The translations under genes were made by a program, and so were the position numbers. Source: Camelus ferus (taxonomy: Eukaryota). Taken from it: 64,000 bases of DNA. This document shows, in pieces, positions 36,839 to 50,593 of the stretch. The notes under the pieces are model-generated. The model was not told where the DNA came from, did not search any database, and was given only the letters and a program-made list of their open reading frames with translations. Location of the stretch: positions 52,826,001-52,890,000 of the forward strand of contig NC_045697.1 of the NCBI RefSeq assembly GCF_009834535.1, in the 5' to 3' direction. The stretch's first letter is position 1, and each line of letters starts with the position of its first letter.

Positions 36839-38441
36839 CTGCCCCACAAAGAGAAACAAACTGCTTACTCTCTCCTTCCTCAAGTAAAAACCCTAAAATT
36901 CCACAGGAAAAGGCAGACCAAAGCTCTCAGGTCTGAAATCTGGCAAAATAGCTATAAGCTGTCATTCAGTGCAGAGACATTAGCAACAAGAATAATAACA
37001 ATTAGGATAATTACTGTAACATTTATTCAATAATGTACAAATCTGAAAAGCTTGGTAGGCCCCAGGTAATGCTATTTAATATGTCTAAAATACATGCATC
37101 CTTGAGGCACTTCATTAGATATTCAAATAGACAACTGACACCATGTCCTATTATAGAAATATACATAAAGTGTTACAGCAGTCAGCACAAAGTGAAGCTG
37201 CCGGAATTTGGAGGCTGCTGCCATTTTCAAAAGCCCAAGGAACCCCAGAAATACTTTGGGTCCCCAGGGTAACATCTCACTTACTGGGAATGGTCAATAT
37301 AGCTGACTGAATTTTTATATTCACTTACCATGAAATCCCCTTTTATTTCAACCATTATTACTGCAACATTATTTGGATGATCAGAGGTACAAAGATCTAA
37401 GGTTCTTCCTGCCCAGGGCTTATCTAGAACCTGTCTCCTTGCTTGGTTCCCTTCCTAACAAACATTTATCTTAATGTGGTGTGAGAATGCGGAAAACTCT
37501 GTGTAAGATTTTTTTCACTTGCCACTTAACTGAGGCACTCCTCTGTACAGAGTTAGCATAAAAGAAAACAAATCAGAATGCTCCTTAAAATGCTGGCCTA
37601 TAGTATTCCTAGGACCTTCCTTATGGCAAGTATATTGAGATTGAATCCACAAACACATAGAAGGAAAATGATAATTATTTCAAGTTGTTATTATTGTTAA
37701 AGTAACATGATAAAATGACCTGAAGTTCCGTTTTATGCACTGATAGTTCGTGGTAAACTGTAAATCGGGTCAGTGCTTATTTTCAGGCTTCTCCCTATTC
37801 TTAGAGACATTATTGGCGGCGATTATTTGGTTGTCATACTGTCTAAATTACAGGAGGAGTTGATGTACTAATACCATGGGTGCATTAATACACTGACCTT
37901 TGGGTAAAATCTATTATAGGAGAATTATTCCTTATTATATATCCTTATATATATGCATATATATATTCTTAATTTCCAAAAATATTTTAAGACTAATACT
38001 GATAACACGTTTCTATTTATGTATAAGAACAAGAATAAACTCAGAAATAACAACTAAAAGTAAAAGAGTACAATTCTACATTAATGATTCTTAGTAAGGA
38101 GAGAGGAGAGGTCTCCTGCCCAGTCCAAGGAGACAGATCTTTGCAGGGGTAAGGCTGAAGTAGGAAGGGAGATATCTAATGTTTTTGCAACATGAACTAT
38201 AAAAGTAAAAAGAAAATAAAAATAAGGTTTGGCAAAATCCTATTGGCTGTTGAGAATATTCAGAAAATGACTGAGGAAGCATTATAGGGAATATGGGTTA
38301 TAAGAAAGAGAAACAACTTTATAGGATTCATAAAATCTCTTAGAACACCTCTGACAGTCTTTTGTCTAGGAGAGAAAGCCCCTAAGTCAGCTGTTAGGTT
38401 TTAATGTGTTCCTGAACTGTCAGAATGTGGGCAAAGTTTAC

Positions 38442-38525
38442 CAGTCGTAGTTGTGTCTCCTCCTTTAAGTGCTTTCTTGCTTCACTCAGTGCTTGCCCTT
38501 CTGAAGTTCTGTCTGGCTTAGGACC
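38442..38525 (-). CDS. RUFY3: RUFY3 exon 10
   Basis: GPKPDRTSEGQALSEARKHLKEETQLRL; 84 nt. Confidence 0.95.
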
Positions 38526-39039
38526 CTTGAAAAGATAAATAAAATAGTACATATTTAACGACTTAAAGAATCTATACGGCTGGCTGACACTAGCACTGCT
38601 ATTCAGTAAAGAAAATGATCATACCTAAGCGCATATGAGGTTGAGCGAAGCCAACAAAGAAACTGAAGAGGTTCACTAAGTTAAAAATTCTTAAGCTGAA
38701 TGGGAGATTTCTTCTCATTTTATTTAAAGTTCTAAACAGTTTACCAAACCAAGTGGTAGAAGTCTTAAAAATCATCCTCTAAAAACAAAACAGCATTCAC
38801 TATACACTATAAATTGGGCCAAAGGTTCAAATGGTAATACTGTCCTCCTCCAGAGATCTCACATCTGGTGTCTCCGACCATCCACCAGATGATCCAACCA
38901 ACCAGAGATCAGAGCTAAAGATGAGCAGCTCACCAGAAAATTCTTCAGAGAAGACAGTTGTTTTTTTTTTTTTAACAAACTCCACAAATTAAACTGAAAC
39001 ATATTACTCATGTTTGTCCCCACTCAGAGCCTGGTTATT

Positions 39040-39218
39040 AGTTTTTTAAAAAATGTATTTATTTATTATTGTATTATTTAATTAATTAATTTAAAAAAAT
39101 TTGGTGGTGGGGTGGAGAGAACTAGATTTGTTTATTTTTAGAGAAGGTACTGGGGATTGAACTCAGGACCTTGTAAATGCTAAGCACGCACTCTACCACT
39201 GAGCTATACCCTCCCCAC
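39040..39218 (-). mobile_element. tRNA-derived SINE (Vic-1-like)
   Basis: Reverse copy: ggggattgaactcagg...ctctaccactgagctataccctcccc. Confidence 0.85.
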
Positions 39219-40024
39219 CAGGAACCATTTTAATAACTGGATTTCCGCATTCCTAGGTCACAGCAGGTTAAAAGCATGAGGATAAGGAGAAGGGAGACCT
39301 TTCTAGAGAGTAGTGCTAACAGCAGTAAGACGTAAGAGATGCCAGTGAAATAAAAGGCAGAAAACCACCCACAGTAATCTGGGAATATTTAAGTACAGGT
39401 GCTAGAAGCAATCAATTTCAACAGCTCCCTAAAGTAGCACCACGGTAATTCAGTACAGAGTTGCCAATGTTGATAATAATGATCTTCAGTCATCATAAAG
39501 GGCTAAATGTGTTAAGTTATATCCTCTACTTAAGAAGGCTTAGAATTGTGCATACATAAAAGGTTTGCAAAATATGTTTAGACATCTATAAAAAGTTTGG
39601 CACTTTAAGGGACCGAGTTACCCAGAAAATTCATTTGTGTAGTAACTCTTTCCTAGTGGTATGAGATAAACACTTCCTGTAAAACAGTAACAAGGTCTAA
39701 AAATAATGGTATATTTAATATAATAGAATACTTAAATACAGTACAAATCATTAGCACATAAAAACAAGGAATTGAATTCGATTGTTTTCTCGAAGTCCCT
39801 AAACAGATACGGGTGGTGGTGAAGCCAAGGAGTATCTGCCGAAGAGGAGGCACCGCCCTCCCATCACCTTCATCATTCATGAAATTCTGCACGGAGTCTA
39901 GTGAGAACAGTGCACTGGACATATGCAAATGCTCGCTGCTTCCAAACAGTTCTCTGGAGGTTCCCTTTCTGCTAACATACTGACATGCTCTCTAGGAATA
40001 CTTTACAAATCCAGTAAGATTAAC

Positions 40025-40117
40025 CTTCCGATTAGATTCCAGTATGTAGGAGCTTTCCTCTTTAACTCGTTCCATTTCTTCTTGCAAGGTGATAATCCTG
40101 TTGTTTGCAACTGCAAG
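40025..40117 (-). CDS. RUFY3: RUFY3 exon 9
   Basis: LAVANNRIITLQEEMERVKEESSYILESNRK; 93 nt. Confidence 0.95.
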
Positions 40118-41389
40118 CTGTTGACAAAATGTGAAAAATAATCTTTTATCTTTCTTTTATTAACAGAGGGTAAGATAATTCATGATCTGCTAGAACATGA
40201 TTTTCAGGCTTAGATATTTTTAGAAGGAAGGAAATCTGTCTATAACCCTGTAAAAATGTTCTTGTAGGGAACTTAGGAGAAATACCTTTAAGGATAAAAT
40301 AAAAAGCCTCTCCTGCTGCTGCTTTTTTATTAAACTTTTTTCAGTACCAAAATGTTAACTTAAGATTGTTTACCTCAAGGGTGTCCTCATGGATAATTAT
40401 ATTTAGTTATAATACCTATTTCTAAAATGTTTACAAGGTCACCTCATGCCTTGGGATCCATCTTACAAACCCTCCATAAAACCTTTTACAGATGATTTTT
40501 TAAAGGGTAAAGAAATGAACTCTAAAGTTCTCACTTTAAAAGATGCCACTAGGCATTGAAGACATTTTTCATTTGGGGGCCTAAAGAGATAAGGTAATGT
40601 TATGAACAGTATATCACTAAGGGAAACACATCTCCATTTCACACGAGAGAAGAACCAAGCGGAAACACTATCCTTCTCTGCACCTACCCAGCTCAGTTTC
40701 CCACAGGGAATGGAAGGTGCCTGAAGGAGGCTGGGAGAGGAACGGAGCCAGTCCCTCTCAGCCGGGCCATCTGCCTTCTTGCCTCCACGTGGTTCCTCGT
40801 CTAACGTGTCAGTACAGAGAAGCCAGGCTCAGGCACGATTTACAGGCAGTGCCGGCAGCCCACTTCTCTCTGCTCCACCGGCCTTGTGAAGCATAATGAA
40901 GTAACTCTGGGCAGGTGGGTCTGCTCTCTAGCGCCAAGCGCGCCCTCAGACTGCTTCTGCCAAGGTCTTACCATCAGAGAAATGTTAGGAATGACGACTG
41001 CAGATCCAAGTGGGCTTTCTAAGTCAGCTTTACCAACTAAAGTGGATGTTTACCTATCTGCATCTGCTCCATTCTTCTCACTTTGTCATATTGGTTCAGA
41101 ACTCAGGAGGGGAAAGAAGGTCTTTTTTTGTTTGTTTGTTTGTTTTTTACTGGTCCCCTTAAATCCAAAATAGATGGAAATGAGAGAAGGTGGACCTCAT
41201 TAGGCTTATCTGCTCTTTATAAAGTCTATGCACAGCACTTACCTATCTCTAAAAGTTTAAAGTTTCAAAAAACTAAATCTTACTGGTAAAATAAATAACT
41301 GAATGAATGAATACACTAATACTGTTGGTAAAATAAATCCAGGTCAAGAGAACAAGTCTTGTGACTAAAGGAATAAAATAATCAACTGC

Positions 41390-41630
41390 ATTTACTGAGT
41401 ACATATGATGTGTCAGGCACTGGTCTAGGCCCTTATGTATTAAATCATTTAATTTGCACAAAAATCTTATTATTGTTCTTATCTTTATTTTACAGATAAG
41501 TAAACCAAGGAATAGAAAGAAGCTTAAGTAACTGACCCATAATCAAAAAGCCAGCAAGTGCCAGAGCTGGGACACGAACCCAAGCAGTCCAGTGTTGGAG
41601 AGCATGCTTAACTGCTATGCCCCATTGCCT
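41390..41630 (-). mobile_element. MIR
   Basis: Core tttacagataagtaaaccaagg...aagtaactgaccc. Other MIRs at ~24830, 26960, 31430, 43600, 51970 and 53300. Confidence 0.75.
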
Positions 41631-41889
41631 CCATAGAATAGCAATAGAATCACAGTAGAAAGTTTTGTGCAGAATATTTCAAAAGGCTTGTGGGATAAAA
41701 TGCTAACGGTCATATCCATAAGTTAAAGTTTTAATATAATTTAAGAATCTACATCCAAAAATTAAGCCCACAGAGCCGAGTAATAAGGAAGGTGTTGTAA
41801 AGTTATAACAATGAAAATGTTCATTCTGAAAAAAATCTGATTAGATGGCATTTCCTGACTAGGGTTTTAAGTTCCTTTTTTTATACCAG

Positions 41890-42322
41890 TTTTTTTGAAG
41901 TATATTTGATTTACAATATTATATTAGTTTCAGATATATAACATAGTGATATAATATTTTTATAGATTATACTCTCTATATGTAAAATCTGTAGATTATA
42001 AATGTTTATTATATTATAGCCTTGAAGGTATTATAAAATATTGGCTGTATTCCCTGTACTGTACATTATATCCTTGTAGCTTATTTATTTTATACATAAC
42101 AGTTCACATGTCTTAATCCACTACCCCGACCTTGCCCCTCACCACTTCCCTATCCCATTGTAACCACTAATTGTTCTCTACATCTGTGAGTCTGTTTCTG
42201 CTTTGTTATATTCATTTGTTTCATCTTTCAGATTCCACACGTAAGTGATAACATACATTATTTATCTTTCTCTGTCTAACTTATTTCACTAAGCATAATA
42301 CCCTCCAGGTCCACCTATGCTG
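41890..42322 (-). mobile_element. L1 3' end (antisense)
   Basis: tgaagtatatttgatttacaatatt...ttatttcactaagcataataccctccaggtcc. Confidence 0.8.
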
Positions 42323-43177
42323 CGTTTAAGCCACATTTATCTCACTGTATGTAAAAGGATAGTTATAACTAAAAGAAAGAGAGAAGATAAAGCCTTTGCC
42401 ACCTGAAAATTTTTACTTAAGGTTTTTCACAGAAACTAATCTATTCAATCTAATGCTGTTGAAGAAAAAAATATGCAGCTCAGCCTTTGTAAGCTGGGGA
42501 GGAAATATATGAATCAGAAGTAAAATATGAGGTTATTTTTTTATCCTTGTTTTAGGGACTTTTCTAAGAGTTTTCACATATACATTCTTACCTGACTTTC
42601 AGGGTAATTGGAGGCTAAAAGGGGAAGTGTAAACACCCTAAAGTGCCAGTGAGGGAACTGGGCCTCCTGCAAGTCAAGTGACTTACTTGCTCAGGAGCAC
42701 ATGACATGTAAGCAGGAACTACTGGTCTTCTGACCAGTGTTCTTTACATTATCTGTCCCATCACCCCAGGGAGAAAACAAAACCTGTGCAGGTAGGGAGC
42801 TTGCCAATCTGGCACACAGAAATCAATGCCTGGCAGGTATAAATCTTTGTCTAGCTCTGGCATGTAAGTGGTACCTAAAGTGTTTGTTGAACAGATATGA
42901 TGCTATCTGCTAAACATTACCTCCAGGCTAGCCCAGACAAAACACACAAAAGAAAGCAAAATACCTGAGCAGCCCAGGTTCTATGCCTACAAAGTCCAAC
43001 TGGATAACTGACCCCTGAGATAAGCCAGCTGGCCATTCTTGTCAGAACAAGGAGCCCTATAGCAGGTATTATCTGAAAAGTCAAGTCCTTTATTTTCAAG
43101 GCTCCAGAGAAATTATTTTCCACTAATGTACATTACTAAATTCCATAAGGCAATCAAAGAACTTCCAAAACACTTAC

Positions 43178-43247
43178 CTCCTCTGTCAGCTTAGTGTTGG
43201 ATTTTTCTAATGCATCCACTTTTGCCTGAAGGTTGTTCACAGTAGCA
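43178..43247 (-). CDS. RUFY3: RUFY3 exon 8
   Basis: ATVNNLQAKVDALEKSNTKLTEE; 70 nt; coiled coil. Confidence 0.95.
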
Positions 43248-43498
43248 CTATCAAGAGAAGAAAAAACATAACGGTCTCCTTTGAGAAACAGAATAATATC
43301 CTGTACTTTCTTTCAAAACACCCATCATACTTATCATTCATTGTTTACTGTCCACAATTCTTGACTTTCAGGCTCTAAGACAGCTTACAAGACAATATGT
43401 ATCTTACCTGCTACATCCTTGGCATTGAAATTTGTATTTACTAAGTATTTGTTGATGAAATAAAAGAGCTGATGCACTACACTGTAAACTTCAAGATT

Positions 43499-43513
43499 TA
43501 TATACATACATAC

Positions 43514-43548
<35 letters not shown>

Positions 43549-43562
43549 CACACACACACATA
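43499..43562. repeat. Compound (TA)/(TACA)/(CA) microsatellite
   Basis: Seen directly. Confidence 0.95.
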
Positions 43563-44551
43563 CAATAAGAATACTAGGCTACATGAATTATGATGTGCTT
43601 GCCAGTCACCAAGCACTCTTCTGAATGATTTTACTTTCATTATTTCATTTATTGCTTTCAACAACCCCACCTTCAGTATCCTCAACTACAGATAAAGAAA
43701 CTGAGGCACTGAAAGAGTAAATAATAGTGTTATATTTATATTTCACTGTCAACTGTAACCATATCTTTGCTTGGCTAACATTGCCACAGTTCACTGTTCA
43801 TTATTAGTACTCAGTCTCCAGAGAAAATGTACTTAAATTGTTCTTGAGTTTTCTAGACGGAACCAAGACTATAATTTATATTGATACTAACAGAATCATA
43901 TTTTAGGTCTTACTTAAATTACAATGATTATCTTTCATAAGAGAACTACAAATAATTAATGGATATATTAATTCTTCTGACTTACTCAACAGTTTTTAGA
44001 ACATCAATGTACTTGAGAATACCAGTACATTTTGGATAGCTCTCCTCAAGAGAAAAGAGATTGTTTTATGTTCTGGTCATGAAAAATACTTGGTGAGTAC
44101 TTGGTAAATTAGTGGTAGTGTTGGTGAAAAGAGGGCAAATTAATATTATCAATCTCATGTATGAGAAAAGCAAGGGACCAACAAGATGTGACTAACCTAA
44201 AGGTACCAAAACAACAAGTGGTTAACCCAAGATTAGTCCTGAAATATGTGGCTGGATCTACTGAACCAAGAAGACCTCCAATTTCAACTGTCTATGTCAC
44301 AAACTTAAGAATTCTTAACTGAGTATATTTACATAATCCCTAGAGTTCTAATTACATACTAGTTTTATTCTGCCTTTCATTAAAGGTCACCAAGACAGTT
44401 AAATGCCACTTATCCAGGGCTTAGCTCAGTGCCTGGCAAGCAGGAATTTATATATAGTTGAGTATTGCCTGAATTTATCCTAACTACTCACCAGTTTACA
44501 CTTCCCTCCCCCCACACCAAAACCCCCAGTAACTGTTTACTAATTCCTTAC

Positions 44552-44617
44552 TTCAGATGTCTGTTGAGTTCTTCTACGTAGTTCTTCTGATCCAGAATTG
44601 CAGTAATCTGGCCATCT
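44552..44617 (-). CDS. RUFY3: RUFY3 exon 7
   Basis: DGQITAILDQKNYVEELNRHLN; 66 nt. Confidence 0.95.
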
Positions 44618-45321
44618 CTGGGGAGAAAAAGGTTAAAAATAAAACTAAAATAAATAACATTAGAAATACCAAGATGCCTCCTGCCCCTAATCTTTTCATA
44701 AAATACAGAAAGGAAATTATGTCATAGACACACCGAACTAGAAGATAGACCTGACATCTAATTCCCTCGACATTATCAACGAGAGAGACTTGGTGGTTTA
44801 AAACTGAACCCCCTGCCCCTACATGTTAATAGAGCCCTTGTTATAGCTTACACCTCTTAATGACTTAGGTTATAGGTATCATGTGCAATCTATTAGAGGC
44901 TTTTAAAGAATAAAAATTTTCTTCTCGCAACTGATGGACTTTTTTAGCTTTGCTAGTATGATTTACAGTAGCAATGTTCCATGTGTCATAGGAATTGAAT
45001 TACGCTTACTCAGGTGTAATAATTGTTCTCAAAGGCTATATATTTGTCTTTAAATGCTATTTGAATTTCAAGGTGAAAGATATAAAAGATTTTCACAAAG
45101 ATCAAGTGTTTATTATTACATAAGAAAGTTAAATGTGGAAAAAGGAGGTTTACTTCTGGAGCCAACTAGAGTAGGCAAAAGTTAAACAGACTTTTCAACT
45201 TAAAGACAAAATTCAAGGCCACATACCTCTCTAACACTACTTAAAGAAAAAGCCATATAATAATCTTAGCTCAACACCCAAGGTTCAAAACTTCAGACTA
45301 TGCTTTCAACTGCTGAGTTTA

Positions 45322-45626
45322 CTTTTTATTTTATTATATATATGTATTTTTATTGAAGTATAGTTAATTTACAATGTTGTGTCAATTTCCAGTGTACAGC
45401 ATAATGCTTCAGTCATACATGAACATACATATATTTGTTTTCATATTCTTTTTCAACATAAGTTTCTACAAGATATTGAATATAGTTCTCTGTGCTATAC
45501 AGTATGAAATTGTTGTTTATCTATTTTATATATATTAGTTAGTATCTGCAAATCTCAGACTCCCAATTTATCCCTTCCCACCCTCTTCCCCACCCCGGGT
45601 AACCATAAGTTTGTTTTCTACGTGGG
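45322..45626 (-). mobile_element. Young lineage L1 3' end with TSD
   Basis: TSD tcaactgctRaRttta at 45306 and 45627; tttattgaagtatagttaatttacaatgttg antisense tail. Confidence 0.8.
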
Positions 45627-46139
45627 TCAACTGCTAAATTTATAAAAGTTATAAGGTGAGCTTCTGATCTCCAATTTCCAAGTACCATATGGATATTTTA
45701 AAAACTTCAAATTTTGAAATAATTTTACATTTACAGAAGTTGTAAAAGTAGTGCTGAGTTCCTAGATACTCTTCATTCAGCTCCCTGTAATGTTAACATT
45801 TCACACAACCCAGTGATGCACATAGTAATAGAGCAAATTTTAAGCAAACTGAAAATACAATCCTCTGGTCAAGAAGATCATGTTTTCAAATGAGACGGAG
45901 CACTGAGTTCCTTTTATAAAAATTTTTATAAACCTGAACCGCATAGCAAGAAAATCCACTTAACTAAATCCCCTTTTAAGGTTTAGCAGGCACAATAGTC
46001 AGATACTTTTGACAAGATTCTATTAAAGCTAAATCATCAGAAATCCTTTCCGTACATCTGTGAAAGAAGTATTGTTGTGAACTTTAAATAGTATTAAGAA
46101 CACTAAAGAAAAAGGAACACTAGTTTTCTTTGTACATAC

Positions 46140-46201
46140 CCTTCACTACCTTTACTGCTGTTCCCATCCTTGAGATACATTGAAAAATCTATAACTCCAA
46201 C
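46140..46201 (-). CDS. RUFY3: RUFY3 exon 6
   Basis: VGVIDFSMYLKDGNSSKGSEG; 62 nt. Confidence 0.95.
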
Positions 46202-46453
46202 CTACAGAAAGAATTTTCAGAATTTAATATAAAATTAGATACTTTCCCCAAGCCATAACACAATGGCTCCTTCTAGGCACTCAAAATAGTAGCACAGTCA
46301 TGACAATTACTAGAAATTTTTAATGCAAATTTAATGTTTTATTATAATCAAGAATTGACAAGTATTATAAGTAAAGAATCAAGATTAAGTCAGCAGGATC
46401 ATGACATGACTAAAAAGTCAACAGAAAAATAAATAAATAAATAAATAAATAAA

Positions 46454-46560
46454 GGGTTGGGGAGGGTATAGCTCAGTGGTAGAGTATATGCCTATCATGC
46501 AGGAGGTCCTAGGTTCAATCCCCAGTACCTCCATTAAAAAATTTAAAAATTAAAAAAAAA
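46454..46560 (+). mobile_element. tRNA-derived SINE (Vic-1-like)
   Basis: gggagggtatagctcagtggtagag...ggttcaatccccagtacctcc with an A tail. Confidence 0.88.
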
Positions 46561-46925
46561 AAGTCACCAGAACACTTAATGTAAATTTAAGGTTTAATGT
46601 TTCTTTCTCTTTTGCTTATTTCAAATATTCTGCTACTAAACCCCTGTGCATATATTTTAGTATATATATATTTTTTTTCAGCCTGTGCAAAATATTTTTA
46701 ATGGGGATCACAGTCAAGAAAAGAATTTGAAAAACATTCATTATGCATAAATGAGCCAAGGTGGAAGGAAAAACACACGTTTTATATTCACATCAACATT
46801 AAAGGAAATCCTACTTATGACATATAGAACTTCCCCTTATTTGGTTGGTATAATCCCATCAATCCAAATTCTAAGGTAACAGAACTGAGAGTGACACACC
46901 AGGTAACTGAGTATCCTTCTCATAC

Positions 46926-47049
46926 CTGAGAGTCCAGATCTTCTCCTTTCATACAGAAATTGGCATCAATGACATTCAGACCCACCAAAAGACCAGCAAT
47001 TATGGCTCCTTCCTCTTCCATCATGAGGGCATTGGGTTCATAGAATTCA
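46926..47049 (-). CDS. RUFY3: RUFY3 exon 5
   Basis: [41 protein letters not shown]; 124 nt. Confidence 0.96.
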
Positions 47050-48959
47050 CTGTAAGAGAAATCCATAGAATGCTCTACTGCAATAAAACCTCAAGAATCC
47101 AATGATGTAATCACAAGACAAGAAGAAAAGTGAAGTCCTCATGGTTAAATATGGTCATCTATGATAATAGCAAAAAAAAGTAAAAACAAGGATGGCTTGG
47201 ATACTTTATTTCTTTTCTTTTTTCTTTTGGATACTTTATTTTAGATAATAGGTGCATGAACAGCTAGAAGAAAAGTGATCAGAATGGTATTTTTACTGAA
47301 GTGAACAAATCATGCTTTCCCTACATATCTGCATTTGTGATGTACATGGGATAATTATTCAATCTTTAATGCATCTTAAAAATTATTTGCTTTTAAAAAC
47401 TTGCTTTTTTTCTGATCTGCTTAATTTTTAATTCTAGTTAAGTACCACATTCCTTTCACACAGTGAATAAACATTAAAAAAAATGTGAACTGTTGAATAA
47501 CTTATATTCATTCCCTTTTGACTAATTAGCAAAAAAGTTGCCTATCAGCACCCATAATAGGTTGCAGATGATTTAAAATGTTTAAGGGGTCTTCTATTGT
47601 TTAATAAAGTCAGTTCTCACTACAGAAAAAAGAAAAAGAAGCAAGCAAAAAGAAGCACACAAGAATCCTATAATTCTACCCACCAATGACTTGTTAAGAA
47701 CGTGATATATAACCTTTCAGATCATCATGGAGACATACTTATATTTTTGAGAGATACTAAAGAAGCATTATACCATTAGATTATCTTGAATTTCTTTTTT
47801 TGGCTTAATGATAGTGTGAGTAGATTTCTATTGCAATAGATGACTTTCTGCAGCTTCATTTATACTGGCCTTTATAATATTCCACTGTATGGCTGTAGTA
47901 TAAATGGTTATAGCCAAAACTTCCTTTTTCTTAGCCAGCCTCTCTCTGATGAACAGGTGGCTGTTTTGGCTTTTTACCATGACACATTCCACAGGCCAGG
48001 CATAACAGGCTGAAAATGACTTAGAAATAAAAAAGCAGAAGAGAAACAAAGCATTTGCCTTTCTTTTTTGATTCTCTATAAAAAATATTAACAAATGGTA
48101 AACAGTTCAAAAACAGCACAAAATGCTCTGCAAATTGCCCTCTCTTTCAATAATAGCCCATGTGCTATTTTGTTCTTTGACAACCTGTGAAGAAAGCTGA
48201 GTAGAACTGGAATGAACACGTTGCTTAATAGTTTATTATCCCTAAAGACATACAGTAAACACTTCTTGTGTCTGGCTTCCTTCATGCGTTCTTTTATTTG
48301 TGAGATTCACATGTATTGCTGAATGCAATGGTAGTTCATTCATTTCACTGCTGGACAGTGTTCGTGGTACGAATTTGCCACGGTGGATTCACTCCACTCG
48401 CTGTCTCTGTTGTGCAGGCTCCAATGCTTTTCTGAACATGACTGCACACGGTTTTTGGGGCATAAACACCTGCACTTCTCTTAGACACACCTATGGTGTA
48501 AAACTTTTGGGTCAAAGTGAGTGAAAATATGTATACAAAGTGTTCTGTCTAGTTCACAAGGCTGAACCCATCTAATCAGGTGCTCTGCTGGATCGAGAGC
48601 TAATTCTTCAGACCCCAATTTGAACCACACAATTTTGATTGAAGACACTCCCCTGAAGCCACCTACTGCTTAAACATTAGACCCTACACCACTTCAAGGC
48701 TTGACCCTTGGAAAGTGGAGCCCTCCCTTTGTGGAAATAAACAAGTTCCCTTGAATGGTTCGTATTTCTCTTTATCCTGATTTGTTTAATTTTCTTTGGC
48801 AAGAAAACAACAATCAATGGCATATGCAGCTGCAGCAACATTAAAACAATGCTCAGTATTAGGATCTGGAGCACAACTTCTTGTGAAAACTAGACTCTTG
48901 GAAAATCCAACCATGTCTTTAAATTCTCTGTTACTTGTTCTTACACTATTTCTCAGAGG

Positions 48960-50160
48960 CAATCTGCTATATTTGAATTTCTCTGTGTAAACATTAATGA
49001 CCTATAAAGTATATATAAAAAACTACCCACATCATACAATGTAGCTGGATGCGTTTTCATGAAGAGAACACATCTGTGCAACCAGCACCATATGAAAAAA
49101 GTTTATTATTAGAACCTCAAAAGCCATCTTATGCTGCTTCTACCCCCAATTACTATCCCCACCCCACCAATAGTAGCCCTTTCCTGACTTCTATCATGAA
49201 AGATAAGTTGTATATACTTCCAAACTTTACATAAACCGAGTAACGTGCAATGTATTTTTCATGTACGGTTTTGCTGCCCAACGTTACACTAGTGAGATAA
49301 ATCCATATTGCTGTGCGTAGTTGCTGTATGGTATTTCATTGTATGAGGAATAACCATTGTATCGTATTTCATTGTATGGTATAATTTACTTATGCATTCT
49401 ACTGTGAATGGACACTTGGGGTCCATTACAAACATTGTAATAGCTATGAACATTCTCGCTCATGTCTTCTGTTGAACATAACTATGCATTTTTGTTGGCT
49501 ATACTAACTAGAAATGGAATCACTGATCACAAGGTATGCTTATGATCAGCTTTAATAAAGGATACCGAACTATTTTCGTAAGTTTCTGAACCAATTAGCT
49601 CATCAGCAGGACGCTAATGTTGCTTCACATCCTCATCAACACTTGGCATTATCTGTCTTTTTCATTTTAGCCATTCTGGTGGTTGTGTGAGGTTATCACA
49701 TTGCTGTTTTAATTTGAATTTACAAGATAATTAGTGAAATTAGGTATCTTTTAATATGTTTACTGGCCATTGCAATTTCTTCTTTTGTGAAATGCCTATT
49801 GAAGTCCTTTATTCATTTTTATATTTGCTCATCTGCCTTTTTCTTTTTGGATTGAAGGAGTTCTCTATATACCTGGAATATGCATCCTTTGTTGAATATA
49901 TACATTATGTATTACAAGTATCTCCTTTAGAGCTATGGGTTGCCTCTCATTCTTAATCTTAAGAATGTCTTTTGATGAACAGAAGTTCTTCATTTTAATG
50001 TAGACCAATTTATCCATCCATTTTTTCCTTTACAGGTAGAACTTTTTGTGTCCTGTTTAAGAAATTTTTGTCTAACTTAGGTTTCTTCTAAACATTTTTA
50101 TTGTTTTCTTTTTCCCATTCATACCTATGACTCAGCTGGAAATTTTTTTGTGTGCTGAAT
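48960..50160 (-). mobile_element. Old antisense L1M
   Basis: Long run of antisense L1 phrases (cattttagccattctggtggt...tttgatgaacagaagttc). Confidence 0.8.
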
Positions 50161-50361
50161 TTAAATTTAACATTATATGTCCACTTCCTGTCTTAGTGAG
50201 CCTGGGTAAATGCTAAGGTGTCAAAAGCCTCTCCTGCTTTCTGGAGGTGTTAAATTTTGACTTGCCCTGCAAAGGACCATATATGCCACAAAGACAGTGT
50301 GAACCCACGTAATATAAAAATATCTGTTCTTGAGTATGTGTGTATGTGATGTGGGAGGAAG

Positions 50362-50444
50362 TATTAGTTGAACTATGTGAAACTGTCATGAATCAACTGT
50401 TTCTGATCTACAAAAATGATAAATTTACATGATTCAACCTCATA
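50362..50444. mobile_element. MADE2-like mariner MITE
   Basis: ~80-bp imperfect palindrome tattagttgaactat...atgattcaacctcata. Confidence 0.7.
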
Positions 50445-50491
50445 CAATATAGAACATGGCAAGAAAAGAACAAAGTTCAAGATGTTCATAC

Positions 50492-50593
50492 CTGAGAAGT
50501 TCCTTCTTATTGATCAAAGCTTTCATATATTCTGAAAGTTTCTTCTGCATTAATGCCAAACGAAGCCAGGCTCTTCCTCTGCCTACCGGTGTC
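50492..50593 (-). CDS. RUFY3: RUFY3 exon 4
   Basis: [34 protein letters not shown]; 102 nt. Confidence 0.96.
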
